Positions 26,001 through 36,958 of a stretch of 36,958 bases of DNA are shown here, one piece after another; the first letter of the stretch is position 1, and each line of letters starts with the position of its first letter. The position numbers were made by a program, and so were the translations under genes. The DNA comes from Kipferlia bialata (lineage: Eukaryota). The stretch covers positions 1 through 36,958 of the forward strand of contig BDIP01000045.1 of the NCBI GenBank assembly GCA_003568945.1. The letters run 5' to 3'. The notes under the pieces were generated by a model, which did not search any database, was not told the origin of the DNA, and saw only the letters and a program-made list of their open reading frames with translations.

Positions 26001-26907
26001 CTATATCTGTATGTATCACACCTCTCACCCCATGCCTATGAGGCCTATGCCGAGGTGGAGAGGGTGTCACCAGGCCACCCCATCACAGCCATCAGGGTGC
26101 ACCAGAAGAGGTATGCAAGGATATATATACTAAATTAGCATGTAAATTAGCATGTATGATGCTATAATGATGTTATATGTATTATTGTTTGGCCATCACA
26201 GTATTCAGGGCACCTGAAGAGTTACACACCATATGCGTGGTCTTCACATTATTAGTGTGAACACATTATATTTATACACTACTGTTAGTCCCTCACCCTG
26301 CTCCCTGTCTATGTCCATGGGCAGCTGGTACACATGCATTCATTACATATACATTGATATGCATATTTGTACATATATGTATATATACTCTTTACCCCTA
26401 GCTCCCTGTCTCTGTCCATGGGCAGTTGGTACACTGCTGAGAAGGGCAAGATCAACGCAGCCATACAGAGGCTCAGAGTGCCACAGGTAAGTATAGTGTA
26501 GTACTATCATATATAATATATGGATTAATATTCTATTAGAGGGTCATGGTGCCAGATGTATGGGTGTATCTTATAAAGTATCATATTTATTAGGATATAC
26601 ATTCCTTATATGATATCTACATGACACTGTACTCTGCACATACAGAGGCTCAGCATGCCACAGGTACGGGTGTATGTGTTGTATACAAGTTTTAGTGTAT
26701 ACCTCCATTGTATGATATCTACATGTCTCACGCCCCATGGTCCCGCCAGGGCATCGTTACCATCCCATATCCTTGATATATCTCTATATAGTATATAAAC
26801 AATATATGTACAATATGTATACATGTATCTTACCTCAGGTCTCGTGGTCCCACCAGGGCCCTGTTGCCATGTCCCTCATCAGACACATGCAGAGAAGGGG
26901 GGAGTGA
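21174..26907 (+). CDS. TPR-repeat protein, about 16 exons
   Basis: ATG at 21174, phase-consistent exons to TGA at 26905-26907. TPR-consensus segments LWQALGSQYYAAGQLEDAFQCYTRGLAMD and LNLGSVCDMLGMHDKAYEAYAEVERVSP. Two acceptors are non-canonical as assembled. Confidence 0.8.
25505..26056 (+). repeat. Six spaced copies of an acceptor-plus-exon-start unit (ctcaccccatgcctatgaggcctatgccgaggtg)
   Basis: Copies near 25507, 25603, 25710, 25810, 25921 and 26025, separated by TA-rich DNA. Only the last continues into coding sequence. Confidence 0.9.
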
Positions 26908-27866
26908 TGGGGTGCACTCGGCTGCAAACATTCACTGCTAGTATGGACACCCACCCCCACACATTCTAGGCCACAGAGGGTTATGTCTGGCATTTCACTA
27001 TGTCATTGTTTTAACATACCCCTCAGCCCCTTTTGTGCCACTGAGGCCTAGTGGGTGCAGTCGACAGTGCAGTCCATGCCTATTTCTTCTTCGGACCACT
27101 GATACTTGTTGCTGTTGCGTTTCTACATGGATGTACGCGCATATTTGTACATAAATGTCTATCTATTGATATTTAGACGAGAGATGTTTTCTACGTATGC
27201 TTGCAGGAGTGTATGTTCATTCCTCAAAAGCGTATATCAGAAGTAGAGCATCAATGTGCTGAGGATTCAAGTAAGATACCGCGTAGTGAGTCTGACAGAG
27301 TGACACCAGCCTCATATATATCGTGAGGGTCCAGCCTGACCCTCCGAAGTCAGACACACAGACCTGGACTCAAACCTGGATGTCCAGGCACACCTTCACA
27401 AGGACTGGTCAGACCACTGTCATTGAAGACATGTGGCATACTTGAGGCCGTGATAATCGATGGTCTGTCCCAGGAAGGCCAAGAGTGCGGGAAGAGAATG
27501 TGAAGCTCATTATTCGAACTCCAACAAAGGGGCCCATTGGAATGCTCCCCCAAGTTTGCATTGTATTAGTTGTTTCTCTCCCTCCCCCTGTGTGATTTAG
27601 GGTGATGTTGTATCACACTCCACGGAATGATGTCATACACGCTTGCTTGCTCCGGGGTATTGGAGTCGAGTAGAAGAGCTGTCTGTGACAAGACCCTCCG
27701 TACACCTACTACATTGACTATGGTATTTCCTATACTATACAGTGTAGACTCTCTCTTCACATGAAGCATTTAATATGGGAAGTGAATACACATCCTTACA
27801 TGCTTGACTCTTTCTACGTTACACTAAGAGAACAATCTGTTGTTCCTACTGGGAGTCCTTTCCCAG

Positions 27867-29989
27867 TTACTCCCTCCTGACCATAGCGGCCACTGTCCTA
27901 TAGTAGTTACTGGCATTGATGGATAGCACGGCATCTGCCAGACCATCTAGACAGTCAGCCCTCATGAGCCTGGTATCACTCACATCCACACCCCCCTCTA
28001 GGGCTAGTAGGTGCCGACACAGCTGGGCACACCACTGCCAGTCCCTCTCCATATGGGCGTCACGGGCTGCGGCAATGAGTCTCTCTACACCCCCTGCCAG
28101 CTTGGCCATGCGTTCTGCCTCCCCCTTGGCAGGGAGTCTGAAGAGGTCAGTTGGGTCGCCTGGTGTTAGTAGTAGACATTGTATAGTGTCAGACATATCG
28201 TCCACAAAGTGTAAGAACAAGTACGTGGAAGTGGTGATCGAATACCTGAGAACCACCCAAGTAGCCCTCTGAAGATGCCTCTCACCGTCCACTGCACATT
28301 GCCATAGTACTCTGTCAGGTAGTCACACTGCAGCAGATGGTCAGGCATGGTAACAGCCTCTACACACTGATCAGGGGTCATGCCCTAGTGTGAGACTGAT
28401 GTGCTATAGTGGCAGTGTCTAGAGAGGTCTATTCCCACCTTGTTGATGCACTTGATGGTTGATGTGTGGACGTGGCTCAAGGCGTCACGGTAGTTGGTGA
28501 TGACCTGGGGTGAGGTATCTGGGGAGACATACGTCTCGAGGAGACACGTTGTTGTAAAGAGACTCTCTTCTGGAGCCTACCCACCTCTCTTGCATCTCCC
28601 ATCAGAGGCTCTAAGTGTCCACCAATGGCACACTCGAATGGGAGGGAAAGCATGGATGAGAGGGTCTGTACCCAACAGAGTACATCCCTGGATGTGAGTC
28701 TACAGAGTAACTGCGGTCTTCATGCACTATATGGTATGTCACAATGAGAGTAGTACCTGTGCCCTGCCCCCCTGATAGGTGCTGTGTTGGGCCAGGACTG
28801 GTAGAAGGCGTCGCCCATACAGAGAACCTGGGGTCAAGCTGGTATCTGTGGCGAGTATCTATATCATGACCCCTCACCTTACTCTGGGGCAGGTACACGT
28901 AGAGTGCATCCGATGTCTCACTTGTGCCTGGGTGGATCTCCACATCAACACCACCCAGGGTGACAGAGAGGGGGTCACTGATAAGGACAGTGGGACGGAC
29001 ACGGCCCCCATCGGTGCCTGGGGTCAGTATAGGGTTGAGTTAGAAGGGCAGGTTCCATGACAAAGATGGTGGGAACGTGGAGTGCTCACCGGCATAGGGT
29101 CTGGTGGAGGTGGCGTTCACTCTGACCTGGGGTGAGAGGTGGTATGGAAGTGTCAATACATAACTCATGAGACATAGTGATTATCTCTATGATAGTCGTA
29201 GACATGGAGAACCAAGTGGTCGTGTATCAGCATAGTCACCTGGTTGATGGCAGAGGAAACACTGTTCTGGGCACCAGCAGGGGGAAGAAGAACACCTAGG
29301 GGTGAGAAAAGAGTTAGAGAAGGAGTCAGACGGAAAGAGGAAAGGAAGTCCCAATTCGATAGATCAGCCGTTCACTCGTGAATCGGAATATGGTAGGTAC
29401 ACGTCAATTGTCGACAATATCATACAAGATCCGTACCCATCTGGGCCGCCCCCCTGAACCTCTGTACTGTGAGCCCTGCCCTGCTGAAGGCAGTCCCCTC
29501 TGCCCCATACCCCTGCCTGGCGTAGATGGGGATGGTGGGGTCACTGCCTGTAAAGGCAGCTGCCCCGCCAACGTGGTCCTGGTGGCTGTGTGTGTAGATG
29601 ATTGCACAGAAGGGAAGTGTGCAGAGCTTGCGGAAGTCCTATGGGTGAGATTGGTACTAATGATGACTACATGAGGTTCTTCAAACGGCACGCGTACCTT
29701 GACAATCCTTGTGGCTGAGCTCATGTTTAGGCCTGTGTCCACTACCACCACCCCTGTCTCACCCACTACCAGTATCACATAATGTGATTCACATTGGACA
29801 CCGAGTAGTTCACAGCCACATACACCCCACTGGTGACACAGAGGATGGAGCCTCCATTGGAGGGGCCTGAGTTAGTTAGTTGGCGTCGGCAAAGGAAGTA
29901 TCGACGGTAGTACCATCCACTTGCAAACACCAGCACACCTTGAACACACACTCACCTAGGCCACTTGGCCGTGTGGATGTGGCTGGCAT
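27867..29989 (-). pseudogene. Alkyl/aryl sulfatase (SdsA1/BDS1-type MBL fold plus dimerisation domain), frameshifted in exon 2 as assembled
   Basis: Exons give GVVVVDTG, IIYTHSHQDHVGG, PGTSETSD, MGDAFYQSWPNTAPIRG, GGH, YRDAL, EYYGNVQWTVRGIF..LGWFSGDP, NYY. A 14-nt insertion near 29779-29792 breaks the frame; all other exons are intact. Confidence 0.85.
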
Positions 29990-30370
29990 GGTAACTGTGT
30001 CGGTGAGAAGAGCTGCAACTTGCGGACTGTATGTACTGGATGACTCCTACATGCTGCACTGAACCTCGTCCGTTTCTCGTTTCATACGTTCAGTGTACTT
30101 GATTGGCAATCAAGTTGATTGCAGCCCAGTACATGAAAGAATACAGAATTGAAAGTTTGGGGACTCTAAGCATCATACCAATATGTACATAGTCGAATAA
30201 TTAGTGCCTCCGTCAAAGGCTATCATGAGAACCTAAGAATATATATATTTATTAGCTGTGTCTTCATAGTACAGCAGATGGATATATACTGGCCCCTCGT
30301 TTTTGTATTCTACAGAGTACAGCAATCACCCTATCTTTCTTATATCCAGATACGTCCCGCATCAGCTGGT

Positions 30371-31715
30371 ATGGGGGGAGGAGGCATGGTCCATGCCCAC
30401 ACCCCCAGTCTGGAGTGGACCACCCTTGACAGTCCACTGCCAGTTGAGGAGGCTGACGCCCACATTGTGCACATAGGCCCAGAGTCAGTGGATGGGGAGA
30501 TTGAGGCATCGGGGATGGGAGAGAGGACGTCACAGGTACACCACTCCCTCATCACTACCCTCTATAGCCGCCATAAGTTATGGCCCATAACACCAACCAC
30601 AGGTACTCATCATTGGATGCTCTCGGGATGACCCCCAAGAGAGTGATGCTCAACCTGTAAGTGATGCTCAACCTGTAAGTGACGCTCAACCTGTCTGGCG
30701 CTGCTACATTGCCACATGGCGCTATGGCGCATGTGATGTGACATACGAAGAGGTGCAGCCATGCCCGTTTAAGGGCGGGGGGTACTTCTCAGCCACTCGC
30801 GTCAGGTACCCCCCCCCCATATATGTATTCACTGTTACAGATTCTTGCAGTATCCACTCTCCAATACACTCTGAGATAAAAGCAGGGCGCTGTAAGCCTC
30901 ACCCCCTTGGTTTACATCCTGCCTTCATATCCCCCCCCCCCCGCCCCTTTCATTCTCTCAGTGGTCCTATCCTTTATCGACTGCACCTCTATCATTAGTG
31001 TGTCCTTCTCTGCTTACGCTGTCTCACTCTCAGCGACTCTGTTCTTGTCTATGGGGGCTGTGCCAATCTGCGGTATGTGGGGGAAGACCCTGAGGTATAT
31101 GACCACCTCTACTCGTATGACATTGCATCTAGGCGCTGGAGACAGGTGGACAAGGCAGGGAGGGGGTGGGGGGAGTGGCCGGGACGCAACTGCTGCCAGG
31201 CCGCCTTTGCCCTAGGTGGTAGACTGCATGTTATAGGGGGTGGGGACTACGGTGACGACCACTGGGCATACTCCCCCGATACAGAGATGTGGGATGAACT
31301 CCCCACCCCTCCCGACCATCCTAGAATCAAAGGGGGAGAGTGTTGTGTCTGTGGAGGGATTCTGCACTCGTTGGGCCGTTTTGGGGGGGAAGTGAGACAC
31401 AGGACCTATACTGATGAGAGGGGATGGAGGGAGCAACCTCGAGTAGACTATGACCTAAAGTCATACTCATTTGCATTCAGCCTCTCCTCCGACATCCACC
31501 TCATGGCTCGAGATGGAGAGGACCACCTCGTGTATGACACTATATCCTGTACTTGGAGGGTGGCTAGTGATGTCACCACAACGTGGAGGGTGTGTCCCCT
31601 GACCCCCTGGGCGGTGTTACTACTAGACCTGACACGGGGCAGTGCATTCAGACTGAAGGTGGGCCAGGATGTGGAGCTCAGGGACTGTACCACCAGGCCA
31701 GACCTGGACGAGTAG
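30371..31715 (+). CDS. Kelch-type beta-propeller protein
   Basis: Exons about 30371-30535, 30603-30805, 31034-31715, phase-consistent. Kelch motifs VLVYGG...LYSYDIASRRW and LHVIGG...WAYSPDTEMW. Confidence 0.8.
30642..30695 (+). repeat. Coding 18-nt tandem repeat x3 (SDAQPV)
   Basis: agtgatgctcaacctgta x2 plus agtgacgctcaacctgtc, in frame within Kelch exon 2. Confidence 0.9.
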
Positions 31716-32043
31716 GGTGCTGTTAGTTGGCCAGAGAACTAGTAGTATGTTGTTTAGCCAAACAGGTCCCACTCTGACTACCTGAGGGCTCTAAATCATG
31801 CTTGTATACATGTCAGTTGCTGGTAGACATGAACGAGACATGGCTGTTAGGTTAAGAGTTTCTAGCAGAGACTCTTCACATAAACACCAACAACGACTGC
31901 AACGATACAATCAAGTATAACACCCATTACCTCGTTCCCCTATCAATTTACAACTTGAAGCCACTAGAAAACAGATATCGATGGACTGAGTATGATATGT
32001 ATGTCAAGGTCTCTCTCCCGCTTCTGCTAACTACACATCACAC

Positions 32044-35000
32044 CTAGCACACAATGTAACAGCAGCACAGGATGATGATGAGGCAAACCCCTCTCGTGAA
32101 CACTATCTCCTGAAGAGAATAGTGTTCCTGAGAGGAGTGCCCTACCACCACTTCTGTACTGCTGTCACTTGTTGCCTCAGGCCGTGTAGCTACAAGAGGC
32201 ACCACTGCATCGGTAGTATCCACCTTGACACACACAGGTATCACAACCTTACTCACATCGTACAGAGTCACGTACCCCGGCTCTACCAGTTTCAGGGCGG
32301 CGTACACCTTGCTTATGCCCTCCACTACTGCACGGGGACTGGGGACCTTGGTACCAGGTGGCTCACTGGCCATGTATGTGGCCATCTCTTGGGCATAGAG
32401 ATCTTCAAAGTGAGAGAGCGAGACCCCCTTATAGTGGGCAGACAGGTCAGTGACGATGGACCTCCAGTGCGTGTCTACAAATCCCTGTACACGCTCCTCG
32501 TAGGTAGCATGGCCTAGTGCTACTGGGGAGGCAAGAGCCACTGCATCCGCTGTCGGCTCTCTCGACGGCTCAGCACACTCTGACAGCTGCTTGACCTCTC
32601 TGGACGGCTCAATAGCTACACTCTGAGACTTGACACCTTGTGTGACAGGCTTGGGACCCTTGGCTGCACGCTTCCCCCCCTTCCCCCCCTTCCCTCTCTT
32701 CCTCCTGGCCAGGTACCGTGCAAAGGAGGGACTGTTCTTCCAGCATGTCACAAGAGTCCCTGTGAGTTAGAAGTGGCATACACTACATACCGATGTATAT
32801 TATATCTATGTATATATAGAATACTGTCTGTATAGACTACATAATTCAATCCACAGCGTGTACATCAGATACCTAAATAGACAGCTTGATATCGTGAAGT
32901 ATTTGGTTGTGACATTACACTACCTTGCAGAGAAACCACAACAGTGATCTCAGGGAGCACAATCTTCCTTCTCCTTCCCCCACCCTTTCTGTTAGGACTT
33001 TGGACACTAACAGGAACAAACACCCCCAGGTGGTCCCTAAGTCAGAGAGATATAGAAATCAGCGCCATGGTGGATGATGACTAAAAGGAGAAGACACACC
33101 CAATAGTACTTATCACTGAATCCAACATACAAGGATACCTATAACAATATATACATATTATAACTATAACTATATATACCTATAATACTCCTCTGTGGAC
33201 TTCCACAATAGGTCATCGACTGCCTCGGTGATGCCTCTCTCCTCAGCCCTGTCAACACTGGGATAAGCGGTGGACAGAGTGTATCGGGATTACTTCTGAT
33301 AGAGGGAATGTGAATGATCTATAGACACAGTACTTGGGGGGGGGGGGGGCAGAGATGCACTATTATATATTGATGGCGATGGAAGTATCATACTTACCTA
33401 TGACCAGACCTTATGACACTACCGAACAGGGTATTGAACATCGCCTCTGTTATGGGAGTGTACTTCTGATGTGAGACGAAAGAACCCAAGCATTAATAAT
33501 AAAACATACTTTGCGAAATACTATATGTGATCAGCCATCACTTGCACAGAACACACCACACAACTATTGGTTAGCAATATCTCTATGGCCCCAGAGGGGA
33601 CTCACCTCAGACCCGTTACTGCCACGCCCCAGTATGGTGTTAAGATAGGAGTGCTGGCGATCAGAAGGGGAGGAGTGACAACCCAGATACAGATACACAT
33701 TGGTTCTAATCAGTTATGGTGATGGCCATACAGCAACTGTAGCAATGCTACTTAAGAAACTGTACGCACCTGCCCCGTGTCCTTAATTCTCTGCATCAGG
33801 GAATCCACAGACCCGTTGGACCCATTCGGGAGCTGGCATGAGAGGGCGGAGAGTCTTGACACATACACTTGTGCTATACATAGCGATACCTTCTTGTCCT
33901 CAGAGCCAGAAGGTGCCTCCAGCACTAAAGGGTCTCTCCAAAGAAGGCTCTTCCCTCGAGTACGCACCACTGGGTCCCTCTCTACAACCTTGTTGCCCCC
34001 CATCCCCCTTACTCTCAGCATTTTGCCCTTCATGTAGAGCGATGGGTACCGAATCAGCATCTCCCTCACCACTGTCCTTGGCTTAGGAATGGGACTGTCT
34101 GCCGGCAGTGATGGGGTGATACGACTCAGGTACAGGGATATGAGGGAGTGGATGTCACTGGTCGTAGCACCCCCTGCCTGGGTGGTGATGTACTCAAGCA
34201 TCTTCGGGCCATGGAGGTCGAGCAGGAGACTGGATATGGTGCAAGGGGTACGACGCAACTCCATTTGCAGTACCCTGGCCTCAGTGGTAGAGGGTGGACA
34301 ACTCTCAGTAACCGCTGGGGTGGTCTCAGGCTCGAGAATACCCCTCCCTGCTTCAAGAGAGGCTTCGGTCCACTCTACCACCTCCTGCACTGTAGCACAT
34401 ACACTGACATGTCTAGGACCAAGTCTACGTAGTGACAGAGGATACACTCTACACAGAGCAGTCACCACCTGGGATGGACCAGGGACCTTGTGCATAGGGG
34501 ACTGGGTCTCGACATACTCCCTCATGGTGTACTGGTAGATAGTCGCCAGACCCTCATATGTCAGTCCTCTGGGGTGGCTGGCTCCCATAGCCATAAGGGC
34601 AGGTCCATACTTGGAGACAAATGCACGTGCCACCGCTGTCTTAGTCAGGGGTCTAGCCGATGTACCGAGAGTGTGTGGTGCAGGCACACCCTCTCTCTCA
34701 CCCTTGAGTGACGGAGAGGGACTCTCACTCTTGACTCTCAGTCTCCCCTCACTCTTAATCACACCTGGACAGCGTGAGAGGAGCTCTCTCTCAAAGGCCT
34801 TCTGGGTGGGACCACGGGACCCCTTAGGGAGCAGAGTGAGTAGGTCACCCATATCATCGGCAATGGCTCCATAGAGTGCCCTTGGATACACACCCTCAGG
34901 TGTGTCACGCACCAACGTGTACAGGTGGCATCCCCGCTCCCTCAGGAAGTGCCCAGCAGTGGCGATGCCAGTGATAGGTGGGCCGGTAGATAGGAGCACT

Positions 35001-36080
35001 ATGGGTACCTGATCGCCAATCAAGTGAGAGTCCTCGCCCTCCCCCATTCCATACCTCACCCTCAACTCCCCCATCTGCTGCCTCTCCCTCTCTCGTCTCC
35101 TACTGTGCTTGGAGAGCCTGGAGACAGGTCTCTGTGTGTTGTCTTCCGAGACGCAGGGGGCCGTGGGCCCTTCGGTTGCATCGACCACTTCCACAGTCTC
35201 ACTCAAGCCACGGCAGTCAGCCCCAGATACAGACGCAGAGGGTGTTAGGGTAGCTGAGCCCGTAACGGAAACAGAAGCGTTGCCATCTGTGGGAGACAGG
35301 GGACCCTGTACCCTGATATGCCTCCTGCTCACTCTCTGTATCGAAGGGTACAGTCTACATAGAGCAGTGAACACACTCTCAGGTCTCAGGCTGTCACAAT
35401 ACCTATGCATCTCCATGCCACTGTCATATAGTGTATGTATGGTCTTCACTGTCACGCCATTGACGCACAGAGAGAGCCTGTCTAACAGAGTAGGCCCATG
35501 CACTGAGACGAAAGCACCAGCCAGGGCACTCTTACTACGAGACTGCGGGTCTCTCAGAATCTCTCTGGTCTTCTCAATAGCCAATACAGCCATACACGCC
35601 TCCAGCCACTCAGGAGATGCAAGAGAGTTCCGATACAATGTCAGAGTGGATACTGGCTGTGGAACCGGAGAGACAATGGGTGGAAGAGGATACTTCTTCA
35701 CCCTCAGTCTCCCCTTTTTCATTCCAAGAGACGGGTACACGCGGCGCAACCACTTGCTAATGCTCTTGGGATTGGGCACCTCACATTCATTTGCACAGCC
35801 CCTGTCCTCAACGATGATATCCCGGATAACCTTAGGATACACACCACAGGGACAGACATATATGATGTGGTATATGCGAGGTGCGTACTCTGCGATTATG
35901 GCTGACACGCGCAGATCGAGTAGCGTAGTGCAGGGGTTTCGCCGATCCTCCTCTGAGACTCTCTCCAGGTCCTTTGGCGACACCCCTCCCCAACTACCAC
36001 TGTCGTATATTGGCTGCAGTGTCTGATACTGCAGCTTGGCTATTTGTTTCCTCTCTGCCTTTGATAGCTTGACATTAGAT
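32044..36080 (-). CDS. Large protein with six ~75-aa winged-helix/LOTUS-like repeats, a DUF4258-like domain and a hydrophobic C-terminal tail
   Basis: The 743-aa ORF splices in phase via exons 33653-33606, 33465-33398, 33257-33180 and 33036-32924 to the last exon 32759-32044. The 5' boundary is uncertain; candidate upstream exons lie at 36531-36488 and about 36381-36303. Confidence 0.78.
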
Positions 36081-36686
36081 GGTGGGGGGTGAGTGACACA
36101 TCACCACCAGTGACAGCATAATTCAACATACACAGTAATCTTGAATATGTATTCTATTAGTCAAGGAAGGGAGGATGGGAAACAATATTGATCATGAATG
36201 AACATTGGCAGTGGCAGTGCCATTGTCGCAGCACAAGTATATGAGCATTACGATATTTCATCAACTACACCTCCGATTGGATATGGATATGAAGTGATAT
36301 ACCTGAAGTACCGGGCCAGGTAGCGAGTCAACATGGGTGGTGTGGTCCTGGCCCACCTGGGTAGGGGCCTGGCCCCCTTGCCTCAGAATGAGCAGGGAGA
36401 TATGATGAGATGGTGAATCTGTCTCGGTTCATTATCAAGACGTTAACCTGTACCTACACTCCTCTGGATGACACACAAATAACATACCTAGGCTTGTTGG
36501 CCACTGGCCCTCGTACTACTACGTCAGCCATACGGCAACACACGCAGATAGAGGGAATGACTACTCAGTCCTGATACGATTTGTCAGCACAAAAACGATG
36601 AGCACTTCAGGGTGTAGCTAGAAATCTGAGCTTTGCATTGACTGGCTTTACTACTTGTACTTGTGTCTGTCCTATCACTTGGCCGG

Positions 36687-36870
36687 TTAACCTAAAGTGT
36701 CTGTGCTCTCTTTCTTCCGTACTGCTGTCTCAGAGTCTGAATAGGACTCAGCGGCTAGGGAGGAGAGAGGGAGAGAGAGGACATGGACCTTCTCTCTGCC
36801 TATCTGAGGGGGGGAAAGTACGTGCTCCATATTACTGTCTTCATGGTTATCCATTTCATATTCTCCTTGC
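36687..36870 (-). CDS. Possible terminal exon of a gene lying beyond the window
   Basis: Short ORF ending ...KKESTDTLG-TAA next to the terminal poly-C. No recognisable motif. Confidence 0.3.
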
Positions 36871-36908
36871 AGATGTTGTACTGACCTTCTGTTCATTATC
36901 CATGCTAC

Positions 36909-36958
<50 letters not shown>
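36909..36958. repeat. Poly-C at window end
   Basis: 50 C residues running to the end of the sequence. Confidence 0.95.

Noticed and set aside
25505..26056. CRISPR-like spaced repeats
   Set aside because: The repeats are copies of a splice acceptor plus exon start in a eukaryotic intron. The spacers are TA-rich low-complexity DNA, and there are no cas genes.
4814..26824. Many Tyr/Ile/Cys-rich or Ser/Leu-rich 60-200-aa ORFs
   Set aside because: They read through (TA)n, (TG)n and (CT)n intronic microsatellites and only partly overlap real exons.
29779..29792. 14-nt GT...AT micro-intron restoring the sulfatase frame
   Set aside because: It is far shorter than any other intron here (about 50 nt or more), and the same structure occurs twice in intergenic DNA, favouring a DNA-level footprint.
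1405..35983. Hexamitid-type TAA/TAG=Gln genetic code
   Set aside because: Long exons contain no in-frame TAR codons, and several genes end at TAG or TAA at sensible protein ends.
32044..35983. Retrotransposon or viral ORF interpretation of the long ORFs
   Set aside because: There are no RT, integrase, transposase or capsid motifs and no terminal repeats, and the ORFs splice into one cellular-type gene.
35109..36026. 305-aa + strand ORF
   Set aside because: Antisense shadow of the long - strand exon, with no motifs.
36060..36100. Possible third non-canonical acceptor (ctcaccccccac) at the start of the long - strand exon
   Set aside because: The upstream exon phase is uncertain and in-frame canonical AGs exist just downstream, so it cannot be supported.

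Overview
This is intron-rich eukaryotic genomic DNA using the standard genetic code, with GT donors and a characteristic (CT)CACCCCCAG acceptor. It resembles the free-living fornicate Kipferlia bialata, but that is an inference from style only. I manually spliced about eight genes: (1) + a kinase-HECT-RBR RING2/Rcat fusion, 5'-partial; (2) + an Aa_trans/SLC38-type amino acid transporter; (3) - a secreted kexin-like S8 protease with a P-domain and two C-terminal Cys modules; (4) - a SET-domain methyltransferase, joined across a poly-G run to ubiquitin-like exons; (5) + a TPR protein; (6) - an SdsA1/BDS1-type alkyl sulfatase with a 14-nt frameshift; (7) + a Kelch-type protein; (8) - a protein with six winged-helix/LOTUS-like repeats and a split DUF4258-like (BECR RNase) domain. 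Notable non-coding signals are pervasive intronic copies of exon junctions, two introns that appear to end in AT rather than AG, and three direct-inverted-direct micro-footprints. Most short ORFs in the supplied track are microsatellite or antisense artefacts.
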